Source: Podarcis gaigeae (taxonomy: Eukaryota). Taken from it: a stretch of 64,000 bases of DNA. The stretch is from assembly GCA_964106915.2 (NCBI GenBank), contig OZ066914.1; one strand, 5' to 3'. How positions within the stretch are numbered: position 1 is the first letter of the stretch; each line of letters starts with the position of its first letter. A program made the position numbers and the translations under genes. The notes under the pieces are model-generated. The model had not been told where the DNA came from, searched no databases, and saw nothing but the letters and a program-made list of their open reading frames with translations. This document shows, in pieces, positions 29,018-43,855 of this stretch.

Positions 29018-29526
29018 TAAATCCCACTGAATTCAATGAACCTCCTCCCAAGTAAGGGTACATAGGATTGCAGCCTTAGTTGAAATTCTTATAGATGTGC
29101 AATGTAATATCTTGACTCTTGGTTTGCAGGCAAGTAATCCACAGTGCAGATTATAAAAGGTAATTCTGAACTCAGTTTTTTTCTTGTGCTGTAGGAAATA
29201 ATTTCCGCCTGTGAAATATATATTTATTGAGCGGTCTGGTGACTTAAGTCACCAATGCTCCCACCAAGTAGAATTAATTTATTTGGAGCACTTACAGAAA
29301 TATTGGCATTCCATCTTGACTTTTGGATGATTTGCTGACATTTCCTACGTTGCATCTCACCTATAATAGATATGGAGGTGTTAATTTTCTTTTGTGAGCA
29401 TTAATCCACTTAAATGGAATTTTTTATTTTAATACCTACTTGTTCAGAAGAGGGCTGGATTTATCCTTTTGATTAACAGTGCACAGAACTTGGCTTCTCT
29501 GGCTTCAGAACGCTTTCTGTTTATGA

Positions 29527-29727
<201 letters not shown>

Positions 29728-30433
29728 TAATACTTAAAACTACCATTTTGCTGATAGAGAGCCTCCTAGTTGTCCATTGTCTTTTCATCCTGTCAGTGAA
29801 AAGGATTTGTGCTGTGAGAAGTCACCACTCTCTTTGGCCTGGTTTGCACAGCATGAAAACCCAAACCATGGCTTACATACTGGGACTTTGCAAACATGCT
29901 AGCTTCCAGAACAAACCTTGGCTACAGAGGGTGGCTAAGAAGGAGAGAGCTTAACCATGATCTTGGCTTAGCTGCAACACTGTGCTGAGCTAAAGGACTG
30001 GGGAAGAACAAAGTGGCTGCAATCTCCCCCCCCCCCCCGAGCCAGTATATCTGTGCTAAGCTATACTTGCAAAGTGGCCTTTCTTCCTCTCTCCTTACTA
30101 ATCTTCATGTTCTTTGTTTAAGATACTCAATGGCCAGTGGTTACTTCCTATTTAAAAACCATTCTTATACAAGAAATTATTGAGGGTAGCTTTCTATAAT
30201 AAAATGCTAAATTAAGTAGGTACTAAATTAACTGAGATGTGCCTTAGGAATAGTTTGTGCTTTGCATTTTTCGTCTGCATGTGCATGTTGCAGACTTGCT
30301 CCATCGGAATTAGCTTCAGATTGGTTTTAAAACACATACACCACAACTGACTGTAGCTTCGGACCACATTGTACGTGCAGCTGTGCATATTTGTTTGGCT
30401 GTTGTTTTTTTAAAACTTGCCTACAGTCTGAGT

Positions 30434-30749
30434 GGGATGCGGGTGGCGCTGTGGGTTAAACCACTGAGCCTGTCCCAGCAACGGGGTGAGCTCCTGTTAC
30501 TCGGTCCCTGCTCCTACCAACCTAGTAGTTTGAAAACACAAAGTGCAAGTAGATAAATAGGTACTGCTCCGGCGGGAAGGTAAACGGTGTTTCCGTGCGC
30601 CGCTCTGGTTTCACCAGAAGTGGCTTAGTCATGCTGGCCACATGACCCAGAAGCTGTACGCCGGCTCCCTCGGCCAATAAAGCGAGATGAGCACTGCAAC
30701 CCCAGAGTCGTACACAACTGGACCTAATGGTCAGGGGTCCCTTTATCTT
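30434..30749 (+). mobile_element. Sauria SINE (Squam1) with internal deletion near the head
   Basis: GGGATGCGGGTGGCGCTGTGG head, GTAGATAAATAGGTAC core, CCTTTATCTTT tail, 12-bp TSD TACAGTCTGAGT (30422-30433 and 30750-30761). Confidence 0.9.
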
Positions 30750-31413
30750 TACAGTCTGAGTACATGCCGGTGCATCTGGTCACAATCATAATACATATGG
30801 TTTTAAAACAATGTGTAGCTCCAGATCTGCTAGGTTCAGGTATAACTGATCGGTAATACATACCCAATAAATAAAGCGAAGCCCTAACTTAGGGCTCCTC
30901 CTGACTTCCTTTTGAGCCACGTTTCTAGGCACAGTGGATGGCTTTGAGGTTTTCTTCCTGGGCCAGATCATCTCCCCTCTTTGAAATGGATCCAGTGAAT
31001 CTATCACTGCCTACCCCCCCCCCCCGGGCCTGCTCCATCCCACACCTGTAATGGCTCATTTCAGAGCCCTATACTAGTTACCACTGGTGGGAACACCACC
31101 AATGATAGCTTCCCAACAGCCTGTGCTTTAGCCATATTGAAGATTTCTGCAATGGCCCCAGTCAGCGGAGGGACAGCTCCACCTAAACCCACCCCTCCAC
31201 CGGCAGCATTGAGCAAGGGATTAGGATAGTTTTGTAACTGTGCTAAAAAGGAAACAAATTTATCTTCTGAAAGTCCTTAACACAGCTGGGCAGGTCTTCA
31301 GTTGGTGTTAAATATTTAACTCAGTAGAGCTGCAGTGAATTATTCCAGCGACTCGGTTTTGTTTACCTGTTCTCTGAAAACCTGCAAGCGAAGCTCTTTT
31401 CCCCTTGAGATGA

Positions 31414-31761
<348 letters not shown>

Positions 31762-33111
31762 TGAGCCACCCAACCCTGCTCTTGATTAAACTGATGTTGG
31801 GGGAAAGGGTGCTAAACTAGTAGCACTGACTAGCCATGCAGACGTGTACAGATATTGACATACAACACTTCTGGTTAAAGCCTTCACTTGTGCAAATGAC
31901 AGAGAGGGTGACTGGTTTAATGTTCAGTAGCACAGTCTGGGACCCCACTGGATTCACCTTTGCTTAAGGCCCATAGTTTGCAGCCAAGATAGAATATTTT
32001 GACTGTGAGGAATAAGGCCCTCACATAATGGGGACTGGCTGGCACATAAGGGATTACAGGTTTGAGGCAACAACCTTAAAAGTGTAGGAACAACACTTCA
32101 GACAAGTCTGAGGAGTCCATGCAAATGTGAGTGGGCAGTCGCTGGAGCTTGCCAGCTGTTTAATTGGTAAGAATTACCAATTAAAGTAGATATCATGACA
32201 ATATATTTTTTATATTGTGATTTTTTCTGTGAACTGCCCTGAGACCTCTGGGTATAGGGCGGTATATAAAGGGTGGTATATAAATTAAATCAATCAATAA
32301 GGAATTCTGGGTTATAAGCAGTTTCTTATCAGCATTGTATAAATGTGGGGTGGGAACTGGGGATAGGGCTGCATTGCTCCAGTGGAAAGCTCACCCCGCC
32401 CCCAGCTCCTCAACTGATCAATGCAGATCAGCTAGGAAGGAAGATATTTCCGTACCTACTGCAGTGCCAGAATGGGAATGAGAATCATTCTTTTTTCACT
32501 TCTCAGCTGATTGGCACAGACCATCTGAAGAGCATTCCCATTGCAGCCGGCTGGGTGGGGAGGTTTAAACCTCCAGTGCATGACGATAGGGATGAAAACT
32601 GCCTACCACTCCTTGGCTGGTCCACACATCAGCTGTGGGTGATGGTGGTTTTCTTCTCCATCACAAGGTGCCAGGCAGTTTCAACCTCTCTACCCTGGAT
32701 ACCTTGATCAGGAAGAACAGCTGATTGGAGTGCTGAGGAGCAATAGGCAATTTTCATTTCCATGTAGAGGAAAAACCTTCCACCCAAAGCACCATTCGGT
32801 GGATGAAAATTATGCCCTCCCCACTTCTCCGATGGTCCACGCCAATGTGCACACACCTGGGGAAGCCAAGGGAGTGCTTTGGATTGCATAGTAAGGTCTA
32901 GTGGGCTGGGTTAGGCCTACCCTTGTTTTAAATGAAAACCTAGGTCAGCTTTCCCCAACCTGGAGCCCTCCAGATATTTTGGACTACAACACCCATTATT
33001 TGCAACCAGCATTGCTATGTGCTTCCTCTCCCTACTGAGCAGCACATTTTCCAAGTCTACAATCACTTTACTGCATTTTGACTAGTCTCCAGATGCTGCT
33101 TCTCAACTTAA

Positions 33112-33324
<213 letters not shown>

Positions 33325-34409
33325 TAGTAGTGCCTGTAACTTCAGAGAGTTTCTCCATAGAAGCGAATGGAAACCAAGGCTCAAATTCTCCTTATGAAAC
33401 CACAGCTCAAGTAAAAAAAAAAATTTTTTTAATGTGGCAGAGTCCATTAACATTAAAGCGTTTGGGGACTCAAAGGAAATGCTAACACAAACGTTTAAAA
33501 ACCTTATCTCTTTGATTTTCAAACCCTTCTCAGATTTAATAGAAATGGCCACATTAACCTAATGAGCCTCTGTGAGAGTAGGTAATGGTTGTGGGGGTTG
33601 TTTGTTTGTTGAACTTGATTGCATGCCACTTCCTAGCAAAGCTCTTGTATGTTATCCATCCATTAGAAAATGTACAGTGATAACTCATTGCAGTACGAAT
33701 ATTCTACATGTGTAAGCTCACAGGTCAGGTATCGCTGTCAGTAAGCCTCTTGTTCAGGCCACACTGTCTGTGCTTCACGTTCTTCCTTCTGGATTGTTCT
33801 TGTTGCCTCAAAAAGACCAGGGCTAACCTTGCATGGAACAATCTTCAGCTCAAGCCACTGAATCCAGACAAAATACTGTTATGTCAGCAACAGCACAAAG
33901 GAAGACATCTGGCTGCATGGAATGGCTGTAGAAAATGTAGTCACTTCATGCGCTAATAGTGTGTAGCTTTTAGGCGTGCTCTGTCAAGTCCTCTATTTCA
34001 CTCGCATTTTAATGTAGCTTATATTCACTATGTGAGTTGTTTTTGTTTGTTTTTTACAATTTAGAAAATACAAAGGCAATTTAATGTTGCGTCATATCTC
34101 TGGGTAAACGTCTAAGTTAAAGACAAAGGTCTAGTTTTCAGTGCAGGGAGCATCAAGCAGGAGACTTGGTCCAAGTTCTGTTTCAAGGATAACCTTTTGG
34201 ACTAAAAATGGCTGCAGAGTTGGGACCACTCTGCAGTCCAGGTGGCTCAATAAATGTTTTCTTCTAAACTTGTTGAAGAAAATGTAATTGTTTCTAATGA
34301 AAAGCAGTCTTCAAAGCAAACATTTGTCCCTGGCATGGTCATATTTTGTGAGAAAGAAGTGCAAAAGAAAAAAAAGGCAGCATTAGCACAATACAAAATG
34401 TGAGCACAG

Positions 34410-34610
34410 TATCTAATCTTGTGCACTTTTTATTTCTTCCCCTGTTTTATTTCCTGCATGCCATTCTCCCCCCAATCTCTCCCCACCTGCTGCATGGGGC
34501 ACCTCCTCCTCCTCCTCTCCTTGCCCCTTTCTTGTTCTCCTTCTCTTCTTCATCTTATGCCACCACCCCACTGGCACTGCATGCCCTGCTGGCTGGCGCA
34601 CTGCCTAACC
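34410..34610 (+). promoter_or_regulatory. ACTN1: Distant branch point and AG-exclusion zone of the non-muscle (NM) exon
   Basis: No AG from 34410 to 34610; TCTAAT branch candidate (A34416); long pyrimidine tract; TGCATG at 34455, 34491 and 34578; CTG cluster. Confidence 0.8.
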
Positions 34611-34612
34611 AG

Positions 34613-34693
34613 GACCACTCCGGCACACTTGGCCCCGAGGAATTCAAAGCCTGCCTCATCAGCTTGGGTTACGATATTGGAAACGATGCACAG
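34613..34693 (+). CDS. ACTN1: Alpha-actinin-1 exon 19a (non-muscle, Ca2+-sensitive EF1), [27 protein letters not shown]
   Basis: aaccag acceptor, gtactg donor, 81 nt. Confidence 0.96.
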
Positions 34694-35199
34694 GTACTGA
34701 ATGCTAGCAAGGAACTCAGGCAAATATCAAACCATAAGGGAATAACATATTTCTCCCTTCTCTTCTTTTTTGTTTTAATCCGTCTTGTCAATGTTGTTAT
34801 ATTTTATTGTGCGTATTTCTGCATACTATTGTATGTTCTGTCATAACTCCATTCTTTTCTTCATGCATTGTCAAATCAATTTTTCTCTTCTCGGTTACAC
34901 ATTCCATTTGCTTGATTCCCTAAAACTCTTCTTGCCTTCCTTTCTCTTCTCCATTTTTTAAAAAATTATCTTCTTATCGGTACCCTTTTCTTCTTGTTGT
35001 TGATCCTTAAACTTTCATATGCTCCTTTATTTTCAATGGAATGAATCCATCTCTTTGTTTTCTTCAAATTATTTTCGTATTTTCTTTTGTTGTTCAATAT
35101 ATCTCATCTTCCATTCTTTTAACACCTTCCGTGAGTTCATCTCTACTTTCTACTCCTCTCTTTTCCCTTTCATTCTACCATCCCTTTATGACTGTGTAG

Positions 35200-35265
35200 A
35201 AGAAGACTGGCATGATGGATGCTGAAGATTTCCGCACCTGCCTTATCTCCATTGGTTACAATATG
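35200..35265 (+). CDS. ACTN1: Alpha-actinin-1 exon 19b (smooth-muscle, Ca2+-insensitive), KKTGMMDAEDFRTCLISIGYNM
   Basis: gtgtag acceptor, gtaagg donor, 66 nt, matches the known SM exon. Confidence 0.95.
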
Positions 35266-37559
35266 GTAAGGTAGAAGCATCTGCCACTTATATTCACAGT
35301 GGTATATTTGACCCTTAAATGAGAAAAGGGCATACTGCTAGTGAACCCAGGTAAAGCTTTGTCAGTCCCGTGACTTGTGAATAAAATCTATGGCATCAGT
35401 GGCATATTTCTTTACAAACCGGATTGACTTCATACTTTATTTTTGGAAGAAGAATCAGAATATAATCCAAACTGATTCCTGGTTGACCTCTGAATAAGTA
35501 GAACAAAGCAATGTCTAAGCCTAGTTCTCCCATGGCCATTTTGCTTTGTTTTTGCATTATAATTATGCATTTGTTGCTAATTCATTGTGAGCAGCCCACA
35601 CAACAACCCTTCACACTTGTCCTTCTGCTGTAAAAATAGTCCATTTTCCCACATTTAAACTGCGAGATTTGGTTTATCAAAAAATGATTTTTTCTTCTTC
35701 ATTATGTACATCCATTGGGGACGGAAGAAATTCAATGATCAGGGCTAGCATTTTGGCTTGCCAAACAGAAGCGCGCCCCCCCCCCCTGCATTCAATTGCA
35801 GAGGTTCTCTCAACCCCTGTCCCCAGAGCCAATTTGGGGCGGGGGGAGAAAAGGCAGGGAAAGCCCTATGACACATGTGAAAGTCCTTGCTGAAGGCTTC
35901 TACTTGACAGGATTCATTAGTTGAATCCTGTTTTAAGGGGATTTTTTATTCAAACATTTTCGAAGCTCCCCTTTGGCCAAAAATGGTATTTTGTGTCGGT
36001 CTCACAAATCCATAAAAACAACTGGATTTATTCGCAATAAAAACAAACGGCAAAACCAGCAATATATCAACCAAGAGATGAAAACCATTTAACTGTGCAG
36101 TGTGGGATGCAGCTGCACAAGAGTCTTGGGCACCTTTTCTGTTAAATACTCTATGCATATTTTCTGTGACATCAATGTCGATGAGCAACACAGCTCTCTC
36201 TAGGCATGTCTTTGCCATTTTGTGAACAGTTCATATTTTCACAGTGAAAGGCAAACCATCTTTACTCAGAAGAAACTCCTATGGTAGTTAGTGGGGTTTA
36301 TTCCAAGGAAAGTGTACAAGAACTGCAATCCCACAGGGCAACTGTATACTCACATTTTTCTGGAACTGGAGCTATGCTGGTAGAAGTCGTTGGAAGGGAA
36401 ATTAGTTATAGCCATCAACTGAAGGGCTATAGGATATGGTGACGGTCTGTGCCTTCCCATATTGCCTATATTCCACCCATCAGTCCCAGTGGCCCCATGG
36501 CAGCTAAAATTAGTAGTACTAAGAATGCAATGCTATTTTCCAAAGAAGTGTATTTTCCAAAGTTATCCATTCTTTCAATCAACAGAGACAGGATGCCTCA
36601 TAATATAATCTCATATCTGGCAGTACTACTAATTTTAGCTGTCACAGGGCCACTGAGCTTATCTTCATCAGACTCTGTGATCTCAAATCTTTGGTCTGGA
36701 GCTTGCCCCAACCATGTAAGTTGCCACAACTGAATTCCATGAATTTTGCTACCCCACATCTTACACTGCTCATGTGCATAGCCCATTTGCATGGGCTAGA
36801 AAAAAGGAGGGGGATTCTGCAATAACATGCAAATCGGCCCTTAGGCTTATTCTTGCCACAAAATTTATAAAGAGGAAAAGGAAGTTGCTAGTGAACACAT
36901 TACAGTTCTCAAGCACCCAGTTCTAAGATGTGAAATCTGGTGAATCTTAATCTCCCGTGAGATCAGCTTTTGTTAACCATGTTTCCTAACCACGAAACTG
37001 TCAAGGGTACTTTTATTGTGTTTCCCTTCCTATAAAGAGGGTGTTTCTACACAGCAGCTTCTTGTGGACTTGGTGCCATGCAGTGCCCACACTCAACAGC
37101 AGCAGCATCATAATAATATAGCATTTGGGCGGTGTTTGGTTGGAGCTAGAGGAATGTCTCTGCCTGAAGCAGTTACGCCATTGGCTTCCATTGGTTGCTG
37201 TCTTATCAGACCTGAGATAAGGGGTAGCAGCCCCATTCTTTGGGTGTCAGTGCTGAGACTACTACTTGGTGCCAAACATTTATGAGCTTGTATTCCTTAT
37301 AACTTCAAATGCAAACTACTTCAATTAATTCTTCATGTGATACATCCTCGATGCCTTTGGAACAGCCTTCCCAAACTTAGTGCCCTCCAGATGGATTGGA
37401 CTACAACTCCCATCAGGCCCAACCAGAGCAGCAATTGTTAAAAAAAATGTTGTTGTAGTCCAAAGCATCACTGGGGATGGGGTGGCCAGTTTGCAAAAGG
37501 CTATGGTGTGTTTCCATAACAAATGCCTATTTCATCCTTTCCTGTCACCAGTAGACTGA

Positions 37560-38267
<708 letters not shown>

Positions 38268-38777
38268 GCTGAAATGTAAAAATATAACCTGGGTTTTTCA
38301 AATAAAGATTTTAGGAATGTGTTGTAATGAAACAAACCCTTTATTTCAGGTTGGCTGAAACATTAATATAACCTGTTTTTGCTTATGGTAATTTGGCCCA
38401 ATTTGGCCTGCAAGGCCATTTCCCTCCAACCCACACAACCACTGGTCACGAGTGTCATCAGCTGATGGGTCAGAAGACAGGGTTTAATCCTGCATTTGGC
38501 CGTACACCCTGTTCCCAGGTAGGAACAGCCAAGGGAGCAGGCTTTAATCCCTACTCATTAGCTGATGGGTGGAGTTTAAAGCTCTTTCCAGAAGTGCTGT
38601 TTGAAGCAGGTCACGCTTCTTCTTTTTTTACTCCAGTGGGGTCATGGCAGCAGGATAAGGGAGAGGAGTCTCCCCCTCCACCCCACTGAGACGGCCTGCC
38701 CACAAGCTAAAAGGAGGAGCATTTGCAAACACCGCTTTTCCAAAGTGATGTAAGGCAGCTACCAGTAATAAGCAGTA

Positions 38778-39003
38778 CAGTGGTACCTCAGGTTATATAC
38801 GCTTCAGGTTACAGACTCTGCTAACTCAAAAATAGTGCTTCAGGTAAAGAACTTTGCTTCAGGATGAGTACAGAAATCGTGCTCTGGCGGCGCGGCGGCA
38901 GCAGGAGGCCCCATTAGCTAAAGTGGCACTTCAGGTTAAGAACAATTTCAGGTTAAGAACGGACCTCCGGAACGAATTAAGTCCTTAACCTGAGGTACCA
39001 CTG
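38778..39003. mobile_element. Tigger-like MITE
   Basis: TA TSD, TIRs CAGTGGTACCTCAGGTTA...TAACCTGAGGTACCACTG. Confidence 0.9.
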
Positions 39004-39398
39004 TACTCCATATGCACATTGGCTGATGGCAGGGTGATCCTGACTGGTCTGGGTGCATGTGAGAACTCTCTGCAGGGAACTCACTCTCACACACCTGAAC
39101 CTGCTCAGATAGGTTTTCCGCATGGCAGACAGCAAGGTCCTGCTAACAGGAAGATTTTTTCCTTTGAAATGAAGCAGGGGGGGACTTTCCGTTAGCTACA
39201 CCTTGCTACCTGCTGCTTTCAGGACTTCAAAACACCAGATCCCCTGATGTAATTTGTGACATTAGTTGATGGGTAAGGATCTGGCCTGTGGAGCCAAAAA
39301 GGTTCCTCATCCCTGTCCTAATACTACAAATTATAAAAGATGCTGCACCCCAATTGGGAAGCAACAGAAACTCAGAAAATGCATGTCAAATAAAACCA

Positions 39399-39639
39399 CT
39401 AATTGTACCTTGGATCCCAAACACCCTGGAACTTGGACGTTTTGGCTCCCGAACACCACAAACCCAAAAGTGATTGTTCCGGTTTGCAAACGTTCTTTTG
39501 GAACCCGAATGTCCGACGGGGCTTCCGCAGCTTCTGAAGCTTCCTGCAGCCAGTCAGAAGCCGCGATTTGGTTTTTGAATGTTTTGGAAGTCGAATGGAC
39601 TTCCGGAACAGATTCTGTTCAACTTCCAAGATATGACTG
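39399..39639. mobile_element. Tigger-like MITE with degraded 5' TIR
   Basis: GTACCTTGGA...TCCAAGATATGACTG followed by TA, CpG-rich interior. Confidence 0.7.
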
Positions 39640-39705
39640 TATTTAGTTAATATGGAAATAAGTTCAATTTACATTAATAAAATTGTGCCTGCGTCATCTA
39701 GTTAA

Positions 39706-39897
<192 letters not shown>

Positions 39898-40435
39898 CTA
39901 TTACCTATCTATCCATCACACATCCTTGCCCTCTCCCATCCAGGAGCACTTTTCTTTCTGTTTGCAAAGCGGGCTCTGCTCTGCCTTTTTTCTTCCGCTC
40001 CCCCTCTGCCCTTCCTGTTTCCACTTCAGAACCCAGTTCCCATTTGGGGTGGGGGCAGCAGAGGGGGAAATGTTGAAATGAAACAGTTTATCATGCCCCT
40101 AAAAGATGACGGTTTACAAAATTATTTTCTGCAGAAAAAGAAGTTACATATCAGCAAACGTATTTTATTACAGAAAAAAAAGTATTTTTCTCCAAGATTG
40201 AAGCGTAAATAGAAAATGTTAAAAGTATTACACAAAATATATACGGTTTGTTTTTCTTCTTCTTGCCATTCAGACATAGGAAATGGAGTTCCGTGTTGCA
40301 TTCCATCCTAAGATTCCCAAGCCCAGCGCCACTCCCCCCACGCCTGTCTCTATTTCCTTATCACATTTATTTTAAGAGGCGGAGGCACACAAGTGCATGT
40401 ATTGCTGGTTCACTTGTTTCATGAAAATATTTTAC

Positions 40436-40441
40436 AATAAA
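40436..40441 (+). terminator. ACTN1: Likely ACTN1 polyadenylation signal
   Basis: AATAAA about 540 nt after the stop, followed by GT/T-rich sequence. Confidence 0.7.
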
Positions 40442-41137
40442 ACTTTTTGAAATTGCTGTGTTTTTTAGGGAAAAATAATGTACACAGCTCATGTTTTCAT
40501 ATTTAATTAAAATTGCAATATGCCTACTTTGTGTTGTTGCTGAAAGTTGTCTGGTTTCCAAACATGGCGCTTGAGAGTTGGCATCTTTGATATTGCTTGT
40601 CACAGACCATATTAAAAAGAAAACTTATTGTGATAACAAATCTAGACGTCATTCTTTTGTCTAGTTAATTTGTTTCTCTATAACCAGAAAGGCTTTCCAA
40701 CACTATTCAGAATGCATTGGTAGCTCGGAGGGTTTTTTGTATATTATTCTGATGTTCATGTTTTTACCTGTTTTCTTAAATGCAAGACACCAAAGTGCTT
40801 TCCCCTCCTCCACTCTGCTTCGGAATTGTATTGATGTTTACGTGGCTGGTATTACTGCTTCAAATGGAGATAATCTTAAGATAACGAAAGATAAACTTGG
40901 ACCAAACATAAAGTATGCAGATTGCTGGAACTTACAGCTTTTTTCCAGAAAAGAAATAATTAACAGTCAATTTTCCTGTTTTAAAGAAGGTTTTTAAGTG
41001 ACTGACAACAGTCTTATACATGTCTTACTCAGAAGTCCATGGAGTTCAATGGGACTTACTCCCAGTTAAGTGGGTATAGGACTGCAGGCTTACAGCATGT
41101 TCCTATGCAAGTTTACTCAATGTTAAGCCACACTGTA

Positions 41138-41369
41138 CAGTCATACCTTGGGTTGCGAACGCTACGGGTTGTGTGTTTTCGGGTTGTGGACCGCGCCAAA
41201 CCCGGAAGTACCGCAACGGTATACTTCCGGGTTTCGGTGCTCGCGCATGTGCAGAAGCACTGAATCGCGTCATGCGTGTGCGCAGACGTGGCGCTGCAGG
41301 TTGCGAACGTGCCTTCTGCACAGATCACAACCCGAGGCATGACTGTATTCGCAACCCGAGGTATGAATG
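41138..41369. mobile_element. Tigger-like MITE with duplicated 3' TIR, nested in an older palindromic element (about 41090-41419)
   Basis: TA-CAGTCATACCTTGGGTTGCGAA 5' end; 3' ends CAACCCGAGGCATGACTG-TA and CAACCCGAGGTATGAATG-TA. Confidence 0.8.
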
Positions 41370-43503
41370 TATTCAGTATGTCTTGCTCTTAGGTAAGTGT
41401 GCATAGGATTGCAGCCTTAATTTTATAAATATTCTCATCTTATTTGATGAGCCATTGCATTATTTCCAATCCTAGGCATTGGAAGATATGAAATCCACAA
41501 ATCCCCCCCCCCCCCAATGTACAATTGGCTTTAAAGCAATTGTTTTCGAAACCAATAAATTTTGTGTGTTTAGTTTGTCTTGGGATTTTCTTCCAGCTTT
41601 TGTGTATGTTTTTGTTCTTGTATCCACATCTCTGTAGGTGTATCAACATATTCTTAAACACAGGAGTGAGGGGGAAAGGGAAGCTTTGAAGGACGGTGAA
41701 TAGAAGATTTTACAAGAGGAAGTACCACAGGCGGCTACTGTGAAAAGCTGGCAGCACTGTGCTGAAGTGTCTGTTTAAAGACACAAACTATCTCTCATCT
41801 TTGTTAGGAACAAATGTTTTTCTCCATTGCCAGTTTTTCCCCAAAGGTATCTGAGCCTGTGTAAATGATCGGGATTCTTGCTGCATTACTGTAATTTAAT
41901 TGTTGTTCCAAGAACAAGATCCCTATTGAGCAATAATCTGCAAATTCACACGGGACACCTATATTTGTCTGTGGTTATCCAAGTAGCACCAAGGCTGGTT
42001 AATAAGAACTTTGCTTCAGAGTACCCTCACATTTAAATTTTGCTGTGATGGTATCAGTTTATTATTTAACTGGAAGGTCATTACAATATTGTATACAAAT
42101 CCAGCAGCAGCAATAAAATTAAATTTGCTTCTAGCAGGCCTTTTATGCATGTTTTAAAACATATTTGAGAAATTAGCTTCTTGACAATTCACTACCTTTC
42201 TGCACATACCCACTTTAGCTGCTTTACTTTCATACTATATATATCTCAGGTGAACAAAATGATTTCTACTCCGTTCTCTCATTGGCATTTGGTCTGCAGC
42301 CTATAAGGTCAAATATAAATTTCCTCCAAGGCACAACACACATCTTTAGTATTACTGGAGAATCTCTTATTCTCTGTAATCCTGCACCTTGCTGAAATTC
42401 CCTTTTCCACCCAGGTATGTATATGTGTATACAGTATATACCCACAGGTCTCAGGGCAGTTAAAGATGCAGAAATACTCCTCTTTTTCACCTGTCCATTA
42501 TGAAATCTAAGCATCCAAAAGGCCCTTTGGAGGGAAATATATATTCAGTGCTGCAGCTCCACTGGCACAGTAGATGTGCGCAAAACAAAGCTGCTTCTTC
42601 CCCTCCTGCCCGCCACCCTGTGTTCATCCTCAAAGTCCGCTCCAGAGGGTTGGGGGACCCTCTGGAGCAGATTGGGGATGGGGGAATGAGAAGGAACGGC
42701 AGTCTCTAAGGCTGAACATCAGAAGAGGAGGAAACTGGGAGTATCATCTGATAAACCTCAGCTGCAGAGAAAGGCAGGTGGTTTGAGGCCTGTTAATGTG
42801 GGAGGGGCAGAAGCTGAGATGTTGCTGATAGGGAATTCTAGGAGCTATGGGACAGGGTGGGGTGGTAGCAGAAGCTTGTGATCCGGCTGGGTGACCAGGT
42901 AGCTGAATAGTACAGAACTGTCTGCTAGAACTAACAGTGGAAGAGCCAGAAGGATGTTAGCTGAGCTGTTTCTACTGAGCACGGGGGTGGGCACTGCTGC
43001 ATGCCATATGCTGCCATGCATTTTTACCCATCTTCTGAGAAGTTGAGCACAGGGATGCTAACATCCCACTACTATTTTGAAAGGTGAGTTTGGTGAGACT
43101 CCATAGTTGTTATTATTAATTATCAGTCATAAAATTTATATGTCACCAGATCACACAGATGTTTACAGTATAAAAATACAGAATACATAACATAATAACA
43201 AACACACACACACACACCCCACACAAGTTCTCCAAGCAGACAAACTTGCAGGCCCAGAGCAGAACCTAAGCTCTTCTCTACTCCCACTATCTTGCCCCTC
43301 AGGAGGCAGAGGACCCCATTGCACCTTTGCTGACAGGCTGAACAGGAGGCTGAGGATACAATATTTCCCACCATGTACAGATAATCTTACTGGATTAGGC
43401 AGTATCAGTCAAAGGGGTCTGTTGGACAGAGGGCAGCAGTAGCCACTATTAAAGTGTCCCCAAGTATGTTGGTGTTACCAGTTGGGCAGAATTTTGCTAA
43501 CCT

Positions 43504-43855
43504 CACGGGTGGCGCTGTGATCTAAACCACTGAGCCTAGGGCTTGCCGATCGGAAGGTCGGCAGTTCAAATCCCCACAACGGGGTGAGCTCCTGTTTGCT
43601 CGGTCCCTGCTCCTGCCAACCTAGCAGTTCGAAAGCACGTCAAAGTAGATAAATAGGTACTGCTCCAGCAGGAAGGTAAACAGCATTTCTGTGCGCTGCT
43701 CTGGTTTCACCAGAAGTGGCTCAGTCATGCTGGCCACATGACCCAGAAAAACTGCAGACAAACGTCGGCTCCCTCGGCCAGTAAAGCAAGATGAGTGCCA
43801 CAACCCCAGAGTCGTTCGTGACTGGACTTAACTGTCAGGGGTCCTTTACCTTTTT
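43504..43855 (+). mobile_element. Sauria SINE (Squam1), near full length
   Basis: CACGGGTGGCGCTGTG head, B-box-like GTTCAAATCC, GTAGATAAATAGGTAC core, CCTTTACCTTT tail. Confidence 0.88.

Noticed and set aside
39946-39952. GCACTTT miR-17-family seed match in the ACTN1 3'UTR
   Set aside because: A single 7-mer can occur by chance, and conservation cannot be checked here
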